NCBI GenBank assembly: GCA_024103215.1
Contig: JAGFIY010000029.1
Location: 20,019-84,018 of the forward strand
DNA: 64,000 bases
Direction: 5' to 3'
Source: Melioribacteraceae bacterium
GTDB taxonomy: Bacteria; Bacteroidota; Ignavibacteria; Ignavibacteriales; Melioribacteraceae
The position numbers were made by a program, and so were the translations under genes. Below, one piece after another: positions 50,506-61,121 of this stretch (position 1 is the first letter of the stretch; the number at the start of each line of letters is the position of its first letter). The notes beneath the pieces are model-generated. The model was not told where the DNA came from, searched no databases, and saw only the letters and a list, made by a program, of their open reading frames with translations.

Positions 50506-51747
50506 TTATCTTTCATCTCTTTGGAACCAAAGCTCGCCAAAACTTATACTGACGGCGATTTGGTAGATATATTCTTTCAATAAATTCGATTCTTTTGTTC
50601 CGCGCATTCCAAACATTAAGCCAACATCAATGGAACTTGTTTTCGTAAACGGATAGGAAAAACCACCGTGAATTCCTAGTTGATCAATACCTTTTCCGTT
50701 TATTTCATATTGAGTCTGTTCATAACTTAGACCACCCCTGTAAGTCAACTGTTCCCATAGTATCTCATCCCGGGAATCGGGATTTTTATACTCAAAAGCA
50801 ATATTGAAATGATTTAAATCACAAAGCTGTTTAACTTTTTCGCCGTTGAACTCGTATTTACTCCATGCTTGAGTAACAAAATCGAGAGTAAATAGAAAAG
50901 CTTTATTCAATTCAAAACTTAGACCAACTCCCAGTCTTCCGGGAATTTTAGTTTCAACAACGTCCGAAACCAATTCCGAAGTTCCAAGTGATGAATATGA
51001 AATAAAACTAGTATCGGTTTTTAAGTTAGGAATAAAATTATACGAAGCACCGAGCCTAATGTTTGATAATGATTCGATACCAAGCAAGTTAGAAAGATCG
51101 GGAGTTATCAACCCTAAATTTAAACCGACTCCATAATGACCCTGACGTGTTGTATATTTTGAATCGTAAAATGAACCGGGTTCAAAATCTATTGAAGCTT
51201 CGTTATCAATCTTGCCTGTATAATATTCAAACGAAGCACCTATTACAAAATCTATTGGGGTTATAAAAGAAGTGCTTAAAAATACTTTCGAGATTCCGCC
51301 CTTACCTGCATAAGAAATTTTATGTGGATCAAAAGGAGTATCAGTTACTTCCTCAAAAACTTCGAATTCGACACGGGTTACTGGAGACATGCCCAAAGCC
51401 GCAGAAAATCCAAGATCTTTATCTATCGGAATTGCAAATGCAAAACCAGAGAACGCCGTATTAGAATAGAAAATGCTCTCATCTCCCGAAAGATTTACTC
51501 CATCAAAAGTAAACCCAGTTTCGAAACGAGTCAGCTGCAGTTTGTATAATCCGGCAGGATTATTTAACGAGATATTGGATGCTGAACCTAAACTATAACC
51601 GCCGCCTGCTAAACCCATTTCTCTGCCGAAATTATATAAATAAACATCGCCTTTTCCAAATCTGGAATATAAAGAACCGCCCGAAGCATAAAGTTCAAGA
51701 GCAAATAAAGATATCAAAACAAATAGAATAATTGATCTCCGCATCAT
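50506..51747 (-). CDS. outer-membrane beta-barrel protein (FadL/TodX-like N-terminal motif)
   Basis: Signal peptide, then GREMGLAGGGYSLGSASNISLNNPAGL, which resembles the FadL-family N-terminal motif. Alternating beta-strand pattern throughout. Confidence 0.45.
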   Translation of the reverse strand: MMRRSIILFVLISLFALELYASGGSLYSRFGKGDVYLYNFGREMGLAGGGYSLGSASNISLNNPAGLYKLQLTRFETGFTFDGVNLSGDESIFYSNTAFSGFAFAIPIDKDLGFSAALGMSPVTRVEFEVFEEVTDTPFDPHKISYAGKGGISKVFLSTSFITPIDFVIGASFEYYTGKIDNEASIDFEPGSFYDSKYTTRQGHYGVGLNLGLITPDLSNLLGIESLSNIRLGASYNFIPNLKTDTSFISYSSLGTSELVSDVVETKIPGRLGVGLSFELNKAFLFTLDFVTQAWSKYEFNGEKVKQLCDLNHFNIAFEYKNPDSRDEILWEQLTYRGGLSYEQTQYEINGKGIDQLGIHGGFSYPFTKTSSIDVGLMFGMRGTKESNLLKEYIYQIAVSISFGELWFQRDER

Positions 51748-52937
51748 CTTTGCTCCGCATAAACTAGAGTCAATTTTGGTCTTAATGCCGGATCATCAGA
51801 ATTGCTTCCATATATTACGGATCTTGTCAATCCCCTAATCTCGTCAGATAATCTAATTTCAATTCCGTAATTAACTTTTCCATTTATCCAATTTTGAATA
51901 ATTGTTTCGACCTGACCAGAGTATTTGTTACCATCCCTTGTTAAATACTTTACTCTAACTTGGTCGTCAATTGTTTTTAATTCCTCATCGCTGTAGAAAT
52001 AAATAGCTAATGAGTCGGTTGAAGGACTTCCAAAAAGAGACTTGGATGAATCCACGCTAATTTCAAGAACGGCTTTATTCAAAACTACATTTTGCGGTAT
52101 ATTCGAAAGATCAAACTTTAATGAACCGCGCTGACCGATTCCTGATTGGAGAACAATCTCCTTTTCCGGAGGATTTATAATTGTCCCTTTTACAATATGA
52201 ACATCGTCGCTTACTATTTCAGTTAGTAATGTATCCACAAATTCACCAGGATTTTCAAGTTCGATATAAAGTCTGGGAGTAAAACCATAAATAGAACCAT
52301 TTGAAGCAGGAAATCCAATGACATATCCGGCATTGCTCTTGAAATACAAACCGTAATTTTTTCGCGTAAGTGATGAATCAACTCTTACATCCATCCAGGC
52401 TTGTACTAAATCTTTATTCAACTCGAACGCAAACAAACTATCACTGATTTCAATCTGTTCAACCTTCATATCTTCGTTTCCGACACTTAGATTGTTCAGC
52501 GAATCTGCATCAAAATTATTAAACTGCCAATACTCGAAAACCTCGTGAACCGAGTAGTCGAAATTACTGTTTGTATTTCCAATTTTATAAGAAGGGTCGA
52601 GTTCCACCCAAGACTTTAGAACATTAATATTTCCTTCTTGAAGAGGAGTATAAATTGATTCCGGTAAGAAAATAAAAAACTTCAACAAGAATGATGCTTC
52701 TATCTCACCATCTAAATTTCCCAGAAGCAGTCTTTGGGATCTACCGAGATTTACAGAATCAGCCTTAAAATTTGAAGAAGCTTGTCCCCACTCTCCTTCC
52801 AAGCTGTTTACTTCAATCAAGTTTAAAAAATCACTGTCTGGTAAAATATTTTTCCCAATAGAGATAGGATCATTTTCACAAGATGAAAAAATCAACAATG
52901 CGGAAAGTAGAAATGTAAACTGCAAAAGTAATTTCAA
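51744..52937 (-). CDS. lipoprotein, DUF4270-like
   Basis: Lipobox LLIFSSC. A large beta-rich protein near glgA, a context in which DUF4270 proteins occur in Bacteroidota. Assignment rests on context and general resemblance only. Confidence 0.4.
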   Translation of the reverse strand: MKLLLQFTFLLSALLIFSSCENDPISIGKNILPDSDFLNLIEVNSLEGEWGQASSNFKADSVNLGRSQRLLLGNLDGEIEASFLLKFFIFLPESIYTPLQEGNINVLKSWVELDPSYKIGNTNSNFDYSVHEVFEYWQFNNFDADSLNNLSVGNEDMKVEQIEISDSLFAFELNKDLVQAWMDVRVDSSLTRKNYGLYFKSNAGYVIGFPASNGSIYGFTPRLYIELENPGEFVDTLLTEIVSDDVHIVKGTIINPPEKEIVLQSGIGQRGSLKFDLSNIPQNVVLNKAVLEISVDSSKSLFGSPSTDSLAIYFYSDEELKTIDDQVRVKYLTRDGNKYSGQVETIIQNWINGKVNYGIEIRLSDEIRGLTRSVIYGSNSDDPALRPKLTLVYAEQR

Positions 52938-53509
52938 TTAAAATCTCCGATTTTACTGGATATATACTCACAAGCGTGCAAAAAATTATCAGCCACAAAA
53001 TTGGGGTAAAATTCACCGTTTTTCAAGTTAATAATTTCTTCCGCATTTTTACCGTTAAGAACAAGAATAGTTTCAGTACCCGCATTTTTTCCGCAGAGAA
53101 TATCTGTCTCTTTATCTCCGATTGTAAATGATCTCTTTAAGTTGATTGAATGCTTTTCAGCTGCTTCAAATATCATTTTTGGTGAAGGTTTTCTGCATTC
53201 AACTTTTTCAGGTGGATCAAAATCCGGGTGGTAGGGACAGAAAAAAAAATCGTCTATCTCAACATCAAAAGTTTTAAGCAGCTCTTGTATTTTTGAATTA
53301 ACAGCATCGACATCTGATTCTGTAAGAAAACCGCGAGTAATTCCGGATTGGTTTGATATAACAATAATCTTCAGATTAAGTTTGTTTTTAAGAAATGAAA
53401 TCCCTTCGCCCACACCCGGCAGAAGCTCCACCTTATTCACATCACTTAAATAACCGGGATCTTTGTTTATAGTATCGTCGCGGTCCAAAAAAACGGCGCT
53501 TTGAAGCAT
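52934..53509 (-). CDS. gmhB: D-glycero-D-manno-heptose 1,7-bisphosphate phosphatase (HAD-IIIA)
   Basis: AVFLDRDDTIN (DxDxT), ISNQSG, CRKPSPKMI and GDKETD motifs. Confidence 0.75.
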   Translation of the reverse strand: MLQSAVFLDRDDTINKDPGYLSDVNKVELLPGVGEGISFLKNKLNLKIIVISNQSGITRGFLTESDVDAVNSKIQELLKTFDVEIDDFFFCPYHPDFDPPEKVECRKPSPKMIFEAAEKHSINLKRSFTIGDKETDILCGKNAGTETILVLNGKNAEEIINLKNGEFYPNFVADNFLHACEYISSKIGDFN

Positions 53510-53515
53510 TACAAA

Positions 53516-55006
53516 TTATTTTATCACTGTTTTATAAAGTTCAACATAATTCTTAGCAGAATTCATCCAAGTGAAATTTGATTTCATTCCGGCTTTCATA
53601 ATTTTCTGCCAAGTATCCGGTTCGGTTTTATATATTTTTACAGCCCTTTTAATTTCCTTTAACATTTCGGTTGAATCATATTTTTTGAAAACAAACCCGG
53701 TTCCGTTTCCGCTCTTTTCGTCAAAGTTTTCAACCGTGTCCGCTAGTCCACCGGTTTCCCTCACTATCGGAATTGTTCCATAAACAAGACTGTACATTTG
53801 ATTCAGTCCGCAAGGTTCATATTTTGACGGCATTAAAAACATATCCGCACCGGCTTCGATTAAGTGAGCAAGTTCATCATCAAATCCGAGATAGCAAGAA
53901 AATTTCTTTGAATACTTGGTTTGTGCTTCCTCAAAAAATTTATGATATTTTTTATCACCGGTTCCGAGAAGAATAAAATGCACATCCATCTTCATCAATT
54001 CACGAAAAGCTTTCTTAATCAAATCGAAACCTTTGCCATCGTACAATCTTGATATCATTCCTATAACCGGAGTTTCTGCATTATATTCATAACCAAATTT
54101 TTCAGCTAAAGATTTTTTGTTATGAATTTTATCTTCCAAATTTTTTGCGGAATATCTTTTCGCTATTTTTTTATCCTTTTCCGGATTCCAAGTTGCTGAA
54201 TCAATGCCGTTTATGATCCCGAAAATATCTTTCTTGCGCTTGCACAAAACCTTATCCAAGCCAGCTCCAAGTTCTTTGGAGCAAATTTCTTTAGAATATG
54301 TCTCCGAAACTGTATTAATTGTGTCAGCAAAAAGCAAACCGCTTTTCATAAAGTTAAGTTTACTTTTATGGATAACACCAGCTTCTTTATTCAACTCATT
54401 CGGAAGTCCGGTTTTTGAGAAACTAGTTTTCGGAAAAACGCCTTGGAATTCAAGATTATGGATAGTGAATAAAGTTTTTACTTGTGAGAATGTCGGATCA
54501 TCACTGTAAATTGTTTTCAAATAAGCTGGAATCAAACCGCATTGCCAGTCGTTGCAATGAATGATATCAGGAACCCATCCTAATTTTTTTATCAATTCAA
54601 AAACGGATTTTGCAAGTAAAATAAAACGTTCGTCATTATCAGGGAAATCCTTGCCAGTCAAAGGATCAGAATAAAGACTATGACGTTTACCAAAATAGTC
54701 TTCGTTATCTAGGAAATAGATTTGTACGCGTGCTTTTTGTCCAACTAAAAATGAAGAACGTAATGAAAAGACAACTTCTTTTTCACCGATATTTGTTGTT
54801 AAATCTTTTAGTCGAACAACCTCGTGGATTTTGTATTTTCTCTCGTCAATCGCACCGTATTTTGGGACAACGATACGGACTTGGTGCCCTAATTCCTGCA
54901 ATTTTTGTGGGAGTGCCGATGAAACATCCGCCAAGCCGCCTGTTTTTATAAATGGGACTACTTCTGAAGTAACAAATAATATCTTGAGTTTTTTAGCAGC
55001 AGCCAT
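53516..55006 (-). CDS. glgA: glycogen/starch synthase (GT5)
   Basis: KILFVTSEVVPFIKTGGLADV N-terminal signature, HCNDWQ, and C-terminal PSKYEPCGLNQMY. Confidence 0.9.
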   Translation of the reverse strand: MAAAKKLKILFVTSEVVPFIKTGGLADVSSALPQKLQELGHQVRIVVPKYGAIDERKYKIHEVVRLKDLTTNIGEKEVVFSLRSSFLVGQKARVQIYFLDNEDYFGKRHSLYSDPLTGKDFPDNDERFILLAKSVFELIKKLGWVPDIIHCNDWQCGLIPAYLKTIYSDDPTFSQVKTLFTIHNLEFQGVFPKTSFSKTGLPNELNKEAGVIHKSKLNFMKSGLLFADTINTVSETYSKEICSKELGAGLDKVLCKRKKDIFGIINGIDSATWNPEKDKKIAKRYSAKNLEDKIHNKKSLAEKFGYEYNAETPVIGMISRLYDGKGFDLIKKAFRELMKMDVHFILLGTGDKKYHKFFEEAQTKYSKKFSCYLGFDDELAHLIEAGADMFLMPSKYEPCGLNQMYSLVYGTIPIVRETGGLADTVENFDEKSGNGTGFVFKKYDSTEMLKEIKRAVKIYKTEPDTWQKIMKAGMKSNFTWMNSAKNYVELYKTVIK

Positions 55007-55136
55007 TTTTTACTTGTCCTTTGTTATTCAATATTGTAATTTACAAAATTATTGCCTCAGTGACAAAATGATAACTTTTGCATAAATTTGTCATCAACAG
55101 CAGCACCAAAGTTTTTTCACACTAAATCAAAATCAA

Positions 55137-56381
55137 ATGAGAAATTTATTTGCCTATCCATCCCAAGTTATAACCGTGAACACTAACGGTAAAAATTATA
55201 AGCGCGGAACTGAAATGTCCTACATTGAAGCATTAACTGATGTATCGATAATAACTGAAGACGGAATAGTTAAAGAATTTATAAAAAATAGCGAAGTGAA
55301 TTCACAAAAGTTTGATGAAGTAATTGACTGCACTAATAAAATTATTCTTCCGGGATTGGTTGAATGTCACACACATACAGTATTTGCAGGAAACCGTTCG
55401 AATGAATTTAGGCAAAAGATTTCCGGGACAAGTTACGAAGAGATAGCAAAGCAAGGAGGAGGAATAAATGCAACAGTTCAGGCAGTGCGAAATTCATCAT
55501 TTGAAGAATTGTTGCAAATCAGCAAGCCAAGAATTGATTATTTTATAGCTCAGGGTATCACTACTCTTGAAATAAAAAGCGGATACGGTTTAAGCTACTA
55601 TGATGAAATAAAACTTCTTCAAGTGATAAAGAGATTAAATGAAATTTATCCGATAGATATAATTCCAACTTTTCTTGGTGCGCATACTTTCCCTCCGGAA
55701 TATAAAAACGATCATTCGGAGTACATAAGTGTGGTAATAAACGAGATTATTCCCTACATCGCACAAAATAATCTTGCTGTTTTTTGTGATGCATTTTGTG
55801 AGGAAACGGCTTTTTCAGCAAAAGAAGTAGAGAAAATATTTGATGAAGCCAAAAAGCATGGATTAAAATTGAAACTCCATACAGATCAATTTAACAGAAT
55901 CGGCGGAGTTGAAACAGCATTGAAAATGAATGCAGTCAGTGTAGATCATCTTGAAGTTGCCGACATAAATATTGTTGAACGGCTTTCCAACTCCGAAACG
56001 ACGGCAGTGCTGTTACCCGGTGTTTCATTTTTTCTCAATTACGGCTACGCACCCGCTAGAGATTTGATTGACAATAACGCTGTAGTTGCTCTTGCAACTG
56101 ATTACAATCCAGGATCTTCAAACATTGCCGACTTGAATCTGATTATGAGTCTTGCAGCTATTAAGATGAAAATGAAAGTTGAAGAAACAATTTCGGCTGT
56201 AACAATAAACGCCGCTAATGCGCTTTCGTTATCGGATAAGATTGGCAGTATTGAACCTGGTAAAAATGCAGATTTTTCTGTGTTCGATACTTCTGATTAT
56301 TCTGATTTAGTTTACAATGTTGCGAAGAACTTAAACGTAATGACAATAAAAAACGGGAAATTGATTTTTAGAAGAAACTAA
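55137..56381 (+). CDS. hutI: imidazolonepropionase
   Basis: GLVECHTHTVFAGNRSNEF, HTDQ and LATDYNPGSS amidohydrolase metal ligands; 414 aa. Confidence 0.9.
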   Translation: MRNLFAYPSQVITVNTNGKNYKRGTEMSYIEALTDVSIITEDGIVKEFIKNSEVNSQKFDEVIDCTNKIILPGLVECHTHTVFAGNRSNEFRQKISGTSYEEIAKQGGGINATVQAVRNSSFEELLQISKPRIDYFIAQGITTLEIKSGYGLSYYDEIKLLQVIKRLNEIYPIDIIPTFLGAHTFPPEYKNDHSEYISVVINEIIPYIAQNNLAVFCDAFCEETAFSAKEVEKIFDEAKKHGLKLKLHTDQFNRIGGVETALKMNAVSVDHLEVADINIVERLSNSETTAVLLPGVSFFLNYGYAPARDLIDNNAVVALATDYNPGSSNIADLNLIMSLAAIKMKMKVEETISAVTINAANALSLSDKIGSIEPGKNADFSVFDTSDYSDLVYNVAKNLNVMTIKNGKLIFRRN

Positions 56382-58063
56382 TTTTCAATTCTTATAAAAA
56401 CATCTGTTATAGGCCATCTAGCCCTGAGATTCAACGTATCCGGATATACAGAAAACAATTCAGATAATTCGTACGGGTAAATAGAACCGTAATCGTACTT
56501 GCCGTTTTTATTTCTATCCTCAAAAATTTCAATCACGTATTTCCCGGGAAGAAGTTCTTCAAGACTATATTCAACTTCGTTGGGTGATAATATTTTGTCG
56601 TAATCAATTTGTTTGTCTAGATTTCGCGCGGTTAATACAAAATTGAACTGTTCCAAATTTGTCAGAATCTTTCCGGATATTCCCGAATAATCAAGAGAAC
56701 TGTTACTTTTAATAGTTTTTAGATTTATTGAATCACCCGCAATATTTCCCGCTGCATCAATTATGTTTTCCAGATTAATTTCAAGAAAATACTCCTCTCT
56801 TTCGCTCAACTTTTTTTCCGAAATAATTTGAAAAGCCGCATCGTCAATTCTTTCCAAATAAACGGGAATAAGAATATCATTTTTATCTTTAAACCAGATG
56901 GTATTATTAAGCTCAAATGGTCTTATGGCGTCATCAAAGTTTATAATCATTTCTGGCTTTTTATAGCCTATAACACCTGAAGCTAAAGGAGTAACAATAT
57001 TCTTCACTTTTGGAATGAGGGTATCCTTCTCAGCATTAAATACTATTTGATTTTCTTGTTTCTCCGAAAGATTGTGATGATTATCGGGAATTTCGCTGCT
57101 TATCAAATAATAATTTTCACCTGCCTGAATTGAGTCAAGCACCGACAAAAACAACTGCCTTTTGTTTGCACTCCCCTTAAAAAGAAAATCAATTTCAATC
57201 TTATTGCTCGATGTTGAATCGAAGATATAAAAATTATTAGTGCTGATTTTCGAACTGTCGATAAACTCGCTGAATTCGATCAAGAAATGATTATTATCCG
57301 TCATGCTAACATTTGTAACCGAAGGTTTTAAAGTATCCTCTACTGTTGTTTTGATCAAAAGATTTGAAACAACATTTTGAGAATCTTTCAGTACAATCTC
57401 TTTGTGCGGAACGCCGAAATGATCATCACCAATGTTGTATAACTGATCACGAAAGTCATCCCGAACAGCAGCAATTTTATAAATTCCGTCGGCTAAACCC
57501 CGTAGTTTAAAATCACCTTTAGTCCCAACCTGTGATACATACTTAGGTTTAGTAGTTATCGGATTATAGGTTGAATCATCCACATAGGCAAAAATTAAAA
57601 TTCCCAATGGCTGTGGATCGTAAACTCTGCCCGAAATTATACCTTTATCAATTTCGTCTCCGGTTGAGAAAACCAAAGAAAACGCGGAAGCCATATTATT
57701 CCCGTTATTCAAATCCTTAATATCCGTTCCAAATGTGATTGTGTAAGTAATATCTTTCTTTAACGTATCTTCAAATTCAATTTCTACGGTTGTACCGCTC
57801 CAATTAAAATCGATATTTCCTTCGAGTGCTGGAGAAATAAAAAAAGCTTCGCGGACACTTCGCTTATCAACATATTCCGAAAATTCAATTTCTATATAAT
57901 TCTCTTCATAATTTGTCGTTTCATTCGGTGGATAAAAAGCGACAACTTCCGGAGGAATTAAATCAATTTCCCCACCAGGAGGCGGCAATTGATTTGCACA
58001 TTTGTAAAAGAATATAAGAGCCATGAACAGCAGCAAGGATTTAATGTACTTATTAATTTTCAT
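56378..58063 (-). CDS. Ig-like (SbsA/Big_5-type) domain lipoprotein
   Basis: Lipobox FFYKC. PPPGGEIDLIPPEVVAFYPPNETTN...IEIEFSEYVD is typical of Ig-like domain surface proteins. The start at 58063 is an ATGA overlap with the mltG stop. Confidence 0.5.
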   Translation of the reverse strand: MKINKYIKSLLLFMALIFFYKCANQLPPPGGEIDLIPPEVVAFYPPNETTNYEENYIEIEFSEYVDKRSVREAFFISPALEGNIDFNWSGTTVEIEFEDTLKKDITYTITFGTDIKDLNNGNNMASAFSLVFSTGDEIDKGIISGRVYDPQPLGILIFAYVDDSTYNPITTKPKYVSQVGTKGDFKLRGLADGIYKIAAVRDDFRDQLYNIGDDHFGVPHKEIVLKDSQNVVSNLLIKTTVEDTLKPSVTNVSMTDNNHFLIEFSEFIDSSKISTNNFYIFDSTSSNKIEIDFLFKGSANKRQLFLSVLDSIQAGENYYLISSEIPDNHHNLSEKQENQIVFNAEKDTLIPKVKNIVTPLASGVIGYKKPEMIINFDDAIRPFELNNTIWFKDKNDILIPVYLERIDDAAFQIISEKKLSEREEYFLEINLENIIDAAGNIAGDSINLKTIKSNSSLDYSGISGKILTNLEQFNFVLTARNLDKQIDYDKILSPNEVEYSLEELLPGKYVIEIFEDRNKNGKYDYGSIYPYELSELFSVYPDTLNLRARWPITDVFIRIEN

Positions 58064-59085
58064 TTTTGAGATTCCCGCCATCTTCTATATTTACTTACGT
58101 TTAAGCTATGTTCTCTGTTTGTTTTAGCAAAAACATGATCTCCTCTGCCGGAAGCTACGAAAAAGTAATAATCATGCTCTTCAGGATAAAGAGCTGCTTC
58201 GACTGCTGATTTACCGGGATTATTAATCGGTCCTGGAGGTAGCCCTGTATATTTGTAAGTATTATAGGGAGAATTAATTTCCAAATCCTTGTAAAGAACC
58301 CTATTGTTTCGCTTCCGTTCCCTTATCAAATATTGAACTGTGGGATCAGCCTGAAGAGGCATACCTTTTTTTAATCTGTTGTAGTAAACACCAGAAATTC
58401 TTTTAAATTCATCCACGTGATTTGATTCACCATCTATTATAGAAGCCATAGTTAGAATTTCGTGTTTGGACATTCCTAAAACTTCCATCTGCTTTAATGC
58501 TTTATCATCAAAAAGTTTTTCCATTTCGTAATGAAGTTTAATTAAAACATCTTCTTCATTGCTGCCAATATGAAAATAATATGTTTCGGGAAGAAGATAA
58601 CCTTCTAAGGTCTTTGCATTTATTCCCAAATCCGAAAGAAAGTTTTTATCAACACTTAATTCCATAATTTTTTTTTCGTCAAGATCCAACTGCTCACTAA
58701 GAAGTTTCGCAAGTTTGTGCTGCCAAATTCCTTCTTGAATTGTCACCAATTTCTGTTCACCGTTACCGCCGCGTTTAAGTTTATCGAGAATTTCAAAATA
58801 TGTCATACCGTTTTTGAAAATATACTCCCCTGCTTTAATTTTGCTGTCGCTGCCGGTAATAAATCCAATCAATTTAAAAGTGAATGCATTGGGAATTATT
58901 TCAGATTCTTCCAGGCGTTCTGCAACACTTTTGAATCTTTCTCCTTGCTCTACTTTAAACCTTTTTGACTGAGAATCGGGAAAATAATTTGGGGCATAGA
59001 ATGAAAAAGTAAGAACGCCGACTAGAAAACCGAATACTGCCGATAAAATGTAGATCTGATCTTTGGTTAAAATTACTCTGTTCAA
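58060..59085 (-). CDS. mltG: endolytic murein transglycosylase MltG (YceG family)
   Basis: N-terminal TM helix, LTMASIIDGES and LQADPTVQY motifs; 341 aa. Confidence 0.85.
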   Translation of the reverse strand: MNRVILTKDQIYILSAVFGFLVGVLTFSFYAPNYFPDSQSKRFKVEQGERFKSVAERLEESEIIPNAFTFKLIGFITGSDSKIKAGEYIFKNGMTYFEILDKLKRGGNGEQKLVTIQEGIWQHKLAKLLSEQLDLDEKKIMELSVDKNFLSDLGINAKTLEGYLLPETYYFHIGSNEEDVLIKLHYEMEKLFDDKALKQMEVLGMSKHEILTMASIIDGESNHVDEFKRISGVYYNRLKKGMPLQADPTVQYLIRERKRNNRVLYKDLEINSPYNTYKYTGLPPGPINNPGKSAVEAALYPEEHDYYFFVASGRGDHVFAKTNREHSLNVSKYRRWRESQK

Positions 59086-59148
59086 ATCGGATGGTTTCTT
59101 TTAGTAATAAATAAATTGCAATATACTAATAAGGAAAAGTAAAATGAA

Positions 59149-60168
59149 CTATTGTTTCGTGATAAAAGTATTGTTATGCAATGATGGGAAAGCATTTGTT
59201 TCGTAATCGTATACAAGACCTTCTGAAAAAAGTTGGTATGCTCTTAATCCAATCATTGCAGCATTATCCCCACAATATTCCAGCGCCGGAATCACAATTT
59301 TTATTTTTTTCTTGTCGCCAATTTCTTTAAGCTTACTTTGAAGAAGCGAATTTGCAGCTACGCCCCCAACGACAGAAATCGAATTAAAATCTTTCTCTGA
59401 AATTGCCAGTAGAAGTTTTTCAATAAGAGCATTCACTGCTGCTTTTTGAAATGATGATGCAATATCGTTAATCGAAACTTCCTTATAATTTTCCGGATGG
59501 CTTGTAAAATCCTGATAATATCTTAAAACAGCCGTCTTAAGCCCGCTGTAAGAAAAATCATATTTTGAATTAAGTTTAGCAATTGGAAAATCTATAAAAT
59601 CTTTTCCTAGTTTAGATTGTTTTTCGATGTTCGGACCACCGGGATATCCTAAACCGATTAATTTGGAAACTTTGTCGAATGCCTCACCGGCAGCATCGTC
59701 AATAGTAGAGCCAAGTTGAAAAATCTTAACCGGACTTTCACCATTAAGAAGTAATGTATGACCACCCGAGACCACAAGACAAAGAAAAGGATATTCAGGT
59801 TTTTCATCCATTAAGAAACCACTGAAAATATGTCCTTCAATATGATTGACAGGAAAAAACGGTTTATTGATTGAATAGGCAAAACTCTTTCCAAAAGTAA
59901 GTCCAACAAGAAGAGCTCCAATCAAGCCCGGACCTGCTGTGGCAGCGACTAAATCAATTTCTTCCTTTTTAATATGTGATTTTTTTAGAGCAGATTTTAC
60001 AAGAGGTAAAACAATTTGGAGGTGAGCTCTGCTAGATAACTCGGGAACTACACCTCCAAACTTTTTGTGGATTTCCTGTGAGGAAATTAGATTCACTAAA
60101 ACTTCATCATTTTCTAATACAGCAACTGAAGTTTCGTCGCAAGAGGTTTCGATTGCTAAGATCTTCAT
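59149..60168 (-). CDS. tsaD: tRNA N6-adenosine threonylcarbamoyltransferase
   Basis: MKILAIETSCDETSVAV, HIEGH and SGGHT motifs. Confidence 0.95.
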   Translation of the reverse strand: MKILAIETSCDETSVAVLENDEVLVNLISSQEIHKKFGGVVPELSSRAHLQIVLPLVKSALKKSHIKKEEIDLVAATAGPGLIGALLVGLTFGKSFAYSINKPFFPVNHIEGHIFSGFLMDEKPEYPFLCLVVSGGHTLLLNGESPVKIFQLGSTIDDAAGEAFDKVSKLIGLGYPGGPNIEKQSKLGKDFIDFPIAKLNSKYDFSYSGLKTAVLRYYQDFTSHPENYKEVSINDIASSFQKAAVNALIEKLLLAISEKDFNSISVVGGVAANSLLQSKLKEIGDKKKIKIVIPALEYCGDNAAMIGLRAYQLFSEGLVYDYETNAFPSLHNNTFITKQ

Positions 60169-61091
60169 TTCTTGCGGAAAATACTTTTCGTGATGTACCA
60201 GGCAAGAACTGGATTTTCTTGAAGTCTCCTAACCGAATAATGATACCAATGCTCACCGAATGGGACATATATTCTAATTTTATGACCGTCGGCATTAATT
60301 TTATCACGAAGGTCTGTCCGTACTCCATAGAGCATTTGAAATTCGTATTTGTCTTTCCCTATTTTCTTCTTCTCGATCAATTCATACGATTTATCGATAA
60401 GATACTTGTCGTGAGTTGCTATTCCAACATAAGTTTCATCATCGAACATCTGCTCAAGAATTTCCATGAAATTGTCGCGAACTTTTTGTCTATCCTTATA
60501 AGCAATTTTTTCCGGTTCTATATAAATCCCTTTACACAACCTGTAATGAGCACCTTCTTTGTTTAACTTTTTAACATCTTCCATAGTTCGTTTTAAATAA
60601 GCTTGGACTACTATGCCAACATTATCATACTTCTCTTTAGTTCTTCTGTAAAGGTTTATGATTTTATCCGTTGTAGCAGAATCTTCCATATCGATACGGA
60701 CAAAGTTGTTGTATTTTTTTGCTCTATCTAAAATTGATACCATTTTATGATAACAAAATTCCTCATCAAGCATTAATCCGATTTGTGTCGGTTTAACCGA
60801 AACGTTCGAATCAAGTTTTTCTTTTTCGATCGCATCGAGAACTTCTAAAATTTCATTTGCCGCTGTTTCTGCTTCATCGAGGTTTGATATTGATTCCCCG
60901 AGAACATCCATCGTTGCACAAATGCCTTTCTTATTCAATTCCTTAACGGTGTCAAGTCCATCTTCTAATTTTATGCCTGCTATGTAGGGTTTAGCGAAAA
61001 TATAAACAATTGATTTTGGAAGGAGCTTTACGAATGTTACTAAAAGATTATTCAGAATCACTTGAGACCACCTATATTTTTGTATATTCAA
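60165..61091 (-). CDS. proline dehydrogenase family protein (stand-alone PRODH)
   Basis: MDVLGESI, VRIDMEDS, VVQAYLKR, YRLCKGIY and IATHD, the PRODH TIM-barrel motifs. Confidence 0.8.
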   Translation of the reverse strand: MNIQKYRWSQVILNNLLVTFVKLLPKSIVYIFAKPYIAGIKLEDGLDTVKELNKKGICATMDVLGESISNLDEAETAANEILEVLDAIEKEKLDSNVSVKPTQIGLMLDEEFCYHKMVSILDRAKKYNNFVRIDMEDSATTDKIINLYRRTKEKYDNVGIVVQAYLKRTMEDVKKLNKEGAHYRLCKGIYIEPEKIAYKDRQKVRDNFMEILEQMFDDETYVGIATHDKYLIDKSYELIEKKKIGKDKYEFQMLYGVRTDLRDKINADGHKIRIYVPFGEHWYHYSVRRLQENPVLAWYITKSIFRKK

Positions 61092-61121
61092 AATTAGGTG
61101 AGTTTACATTTTTAAGCAAGA

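Noticed and set aside
60078-60566. 162-aa plus-strand ORF antisense to the tsaD/proline dehydrogenase junction. Similar antisense ORFs occur at 25611-26033, 42535-42951, 13929-14294, 54204-54509, 11731-12018 and 2501-2773.
   Set aside because: All are fully embedded antisense to genes with strong family motifs. They have low-complexity or odd composition and no motifs, as expected for shadow ORFs.
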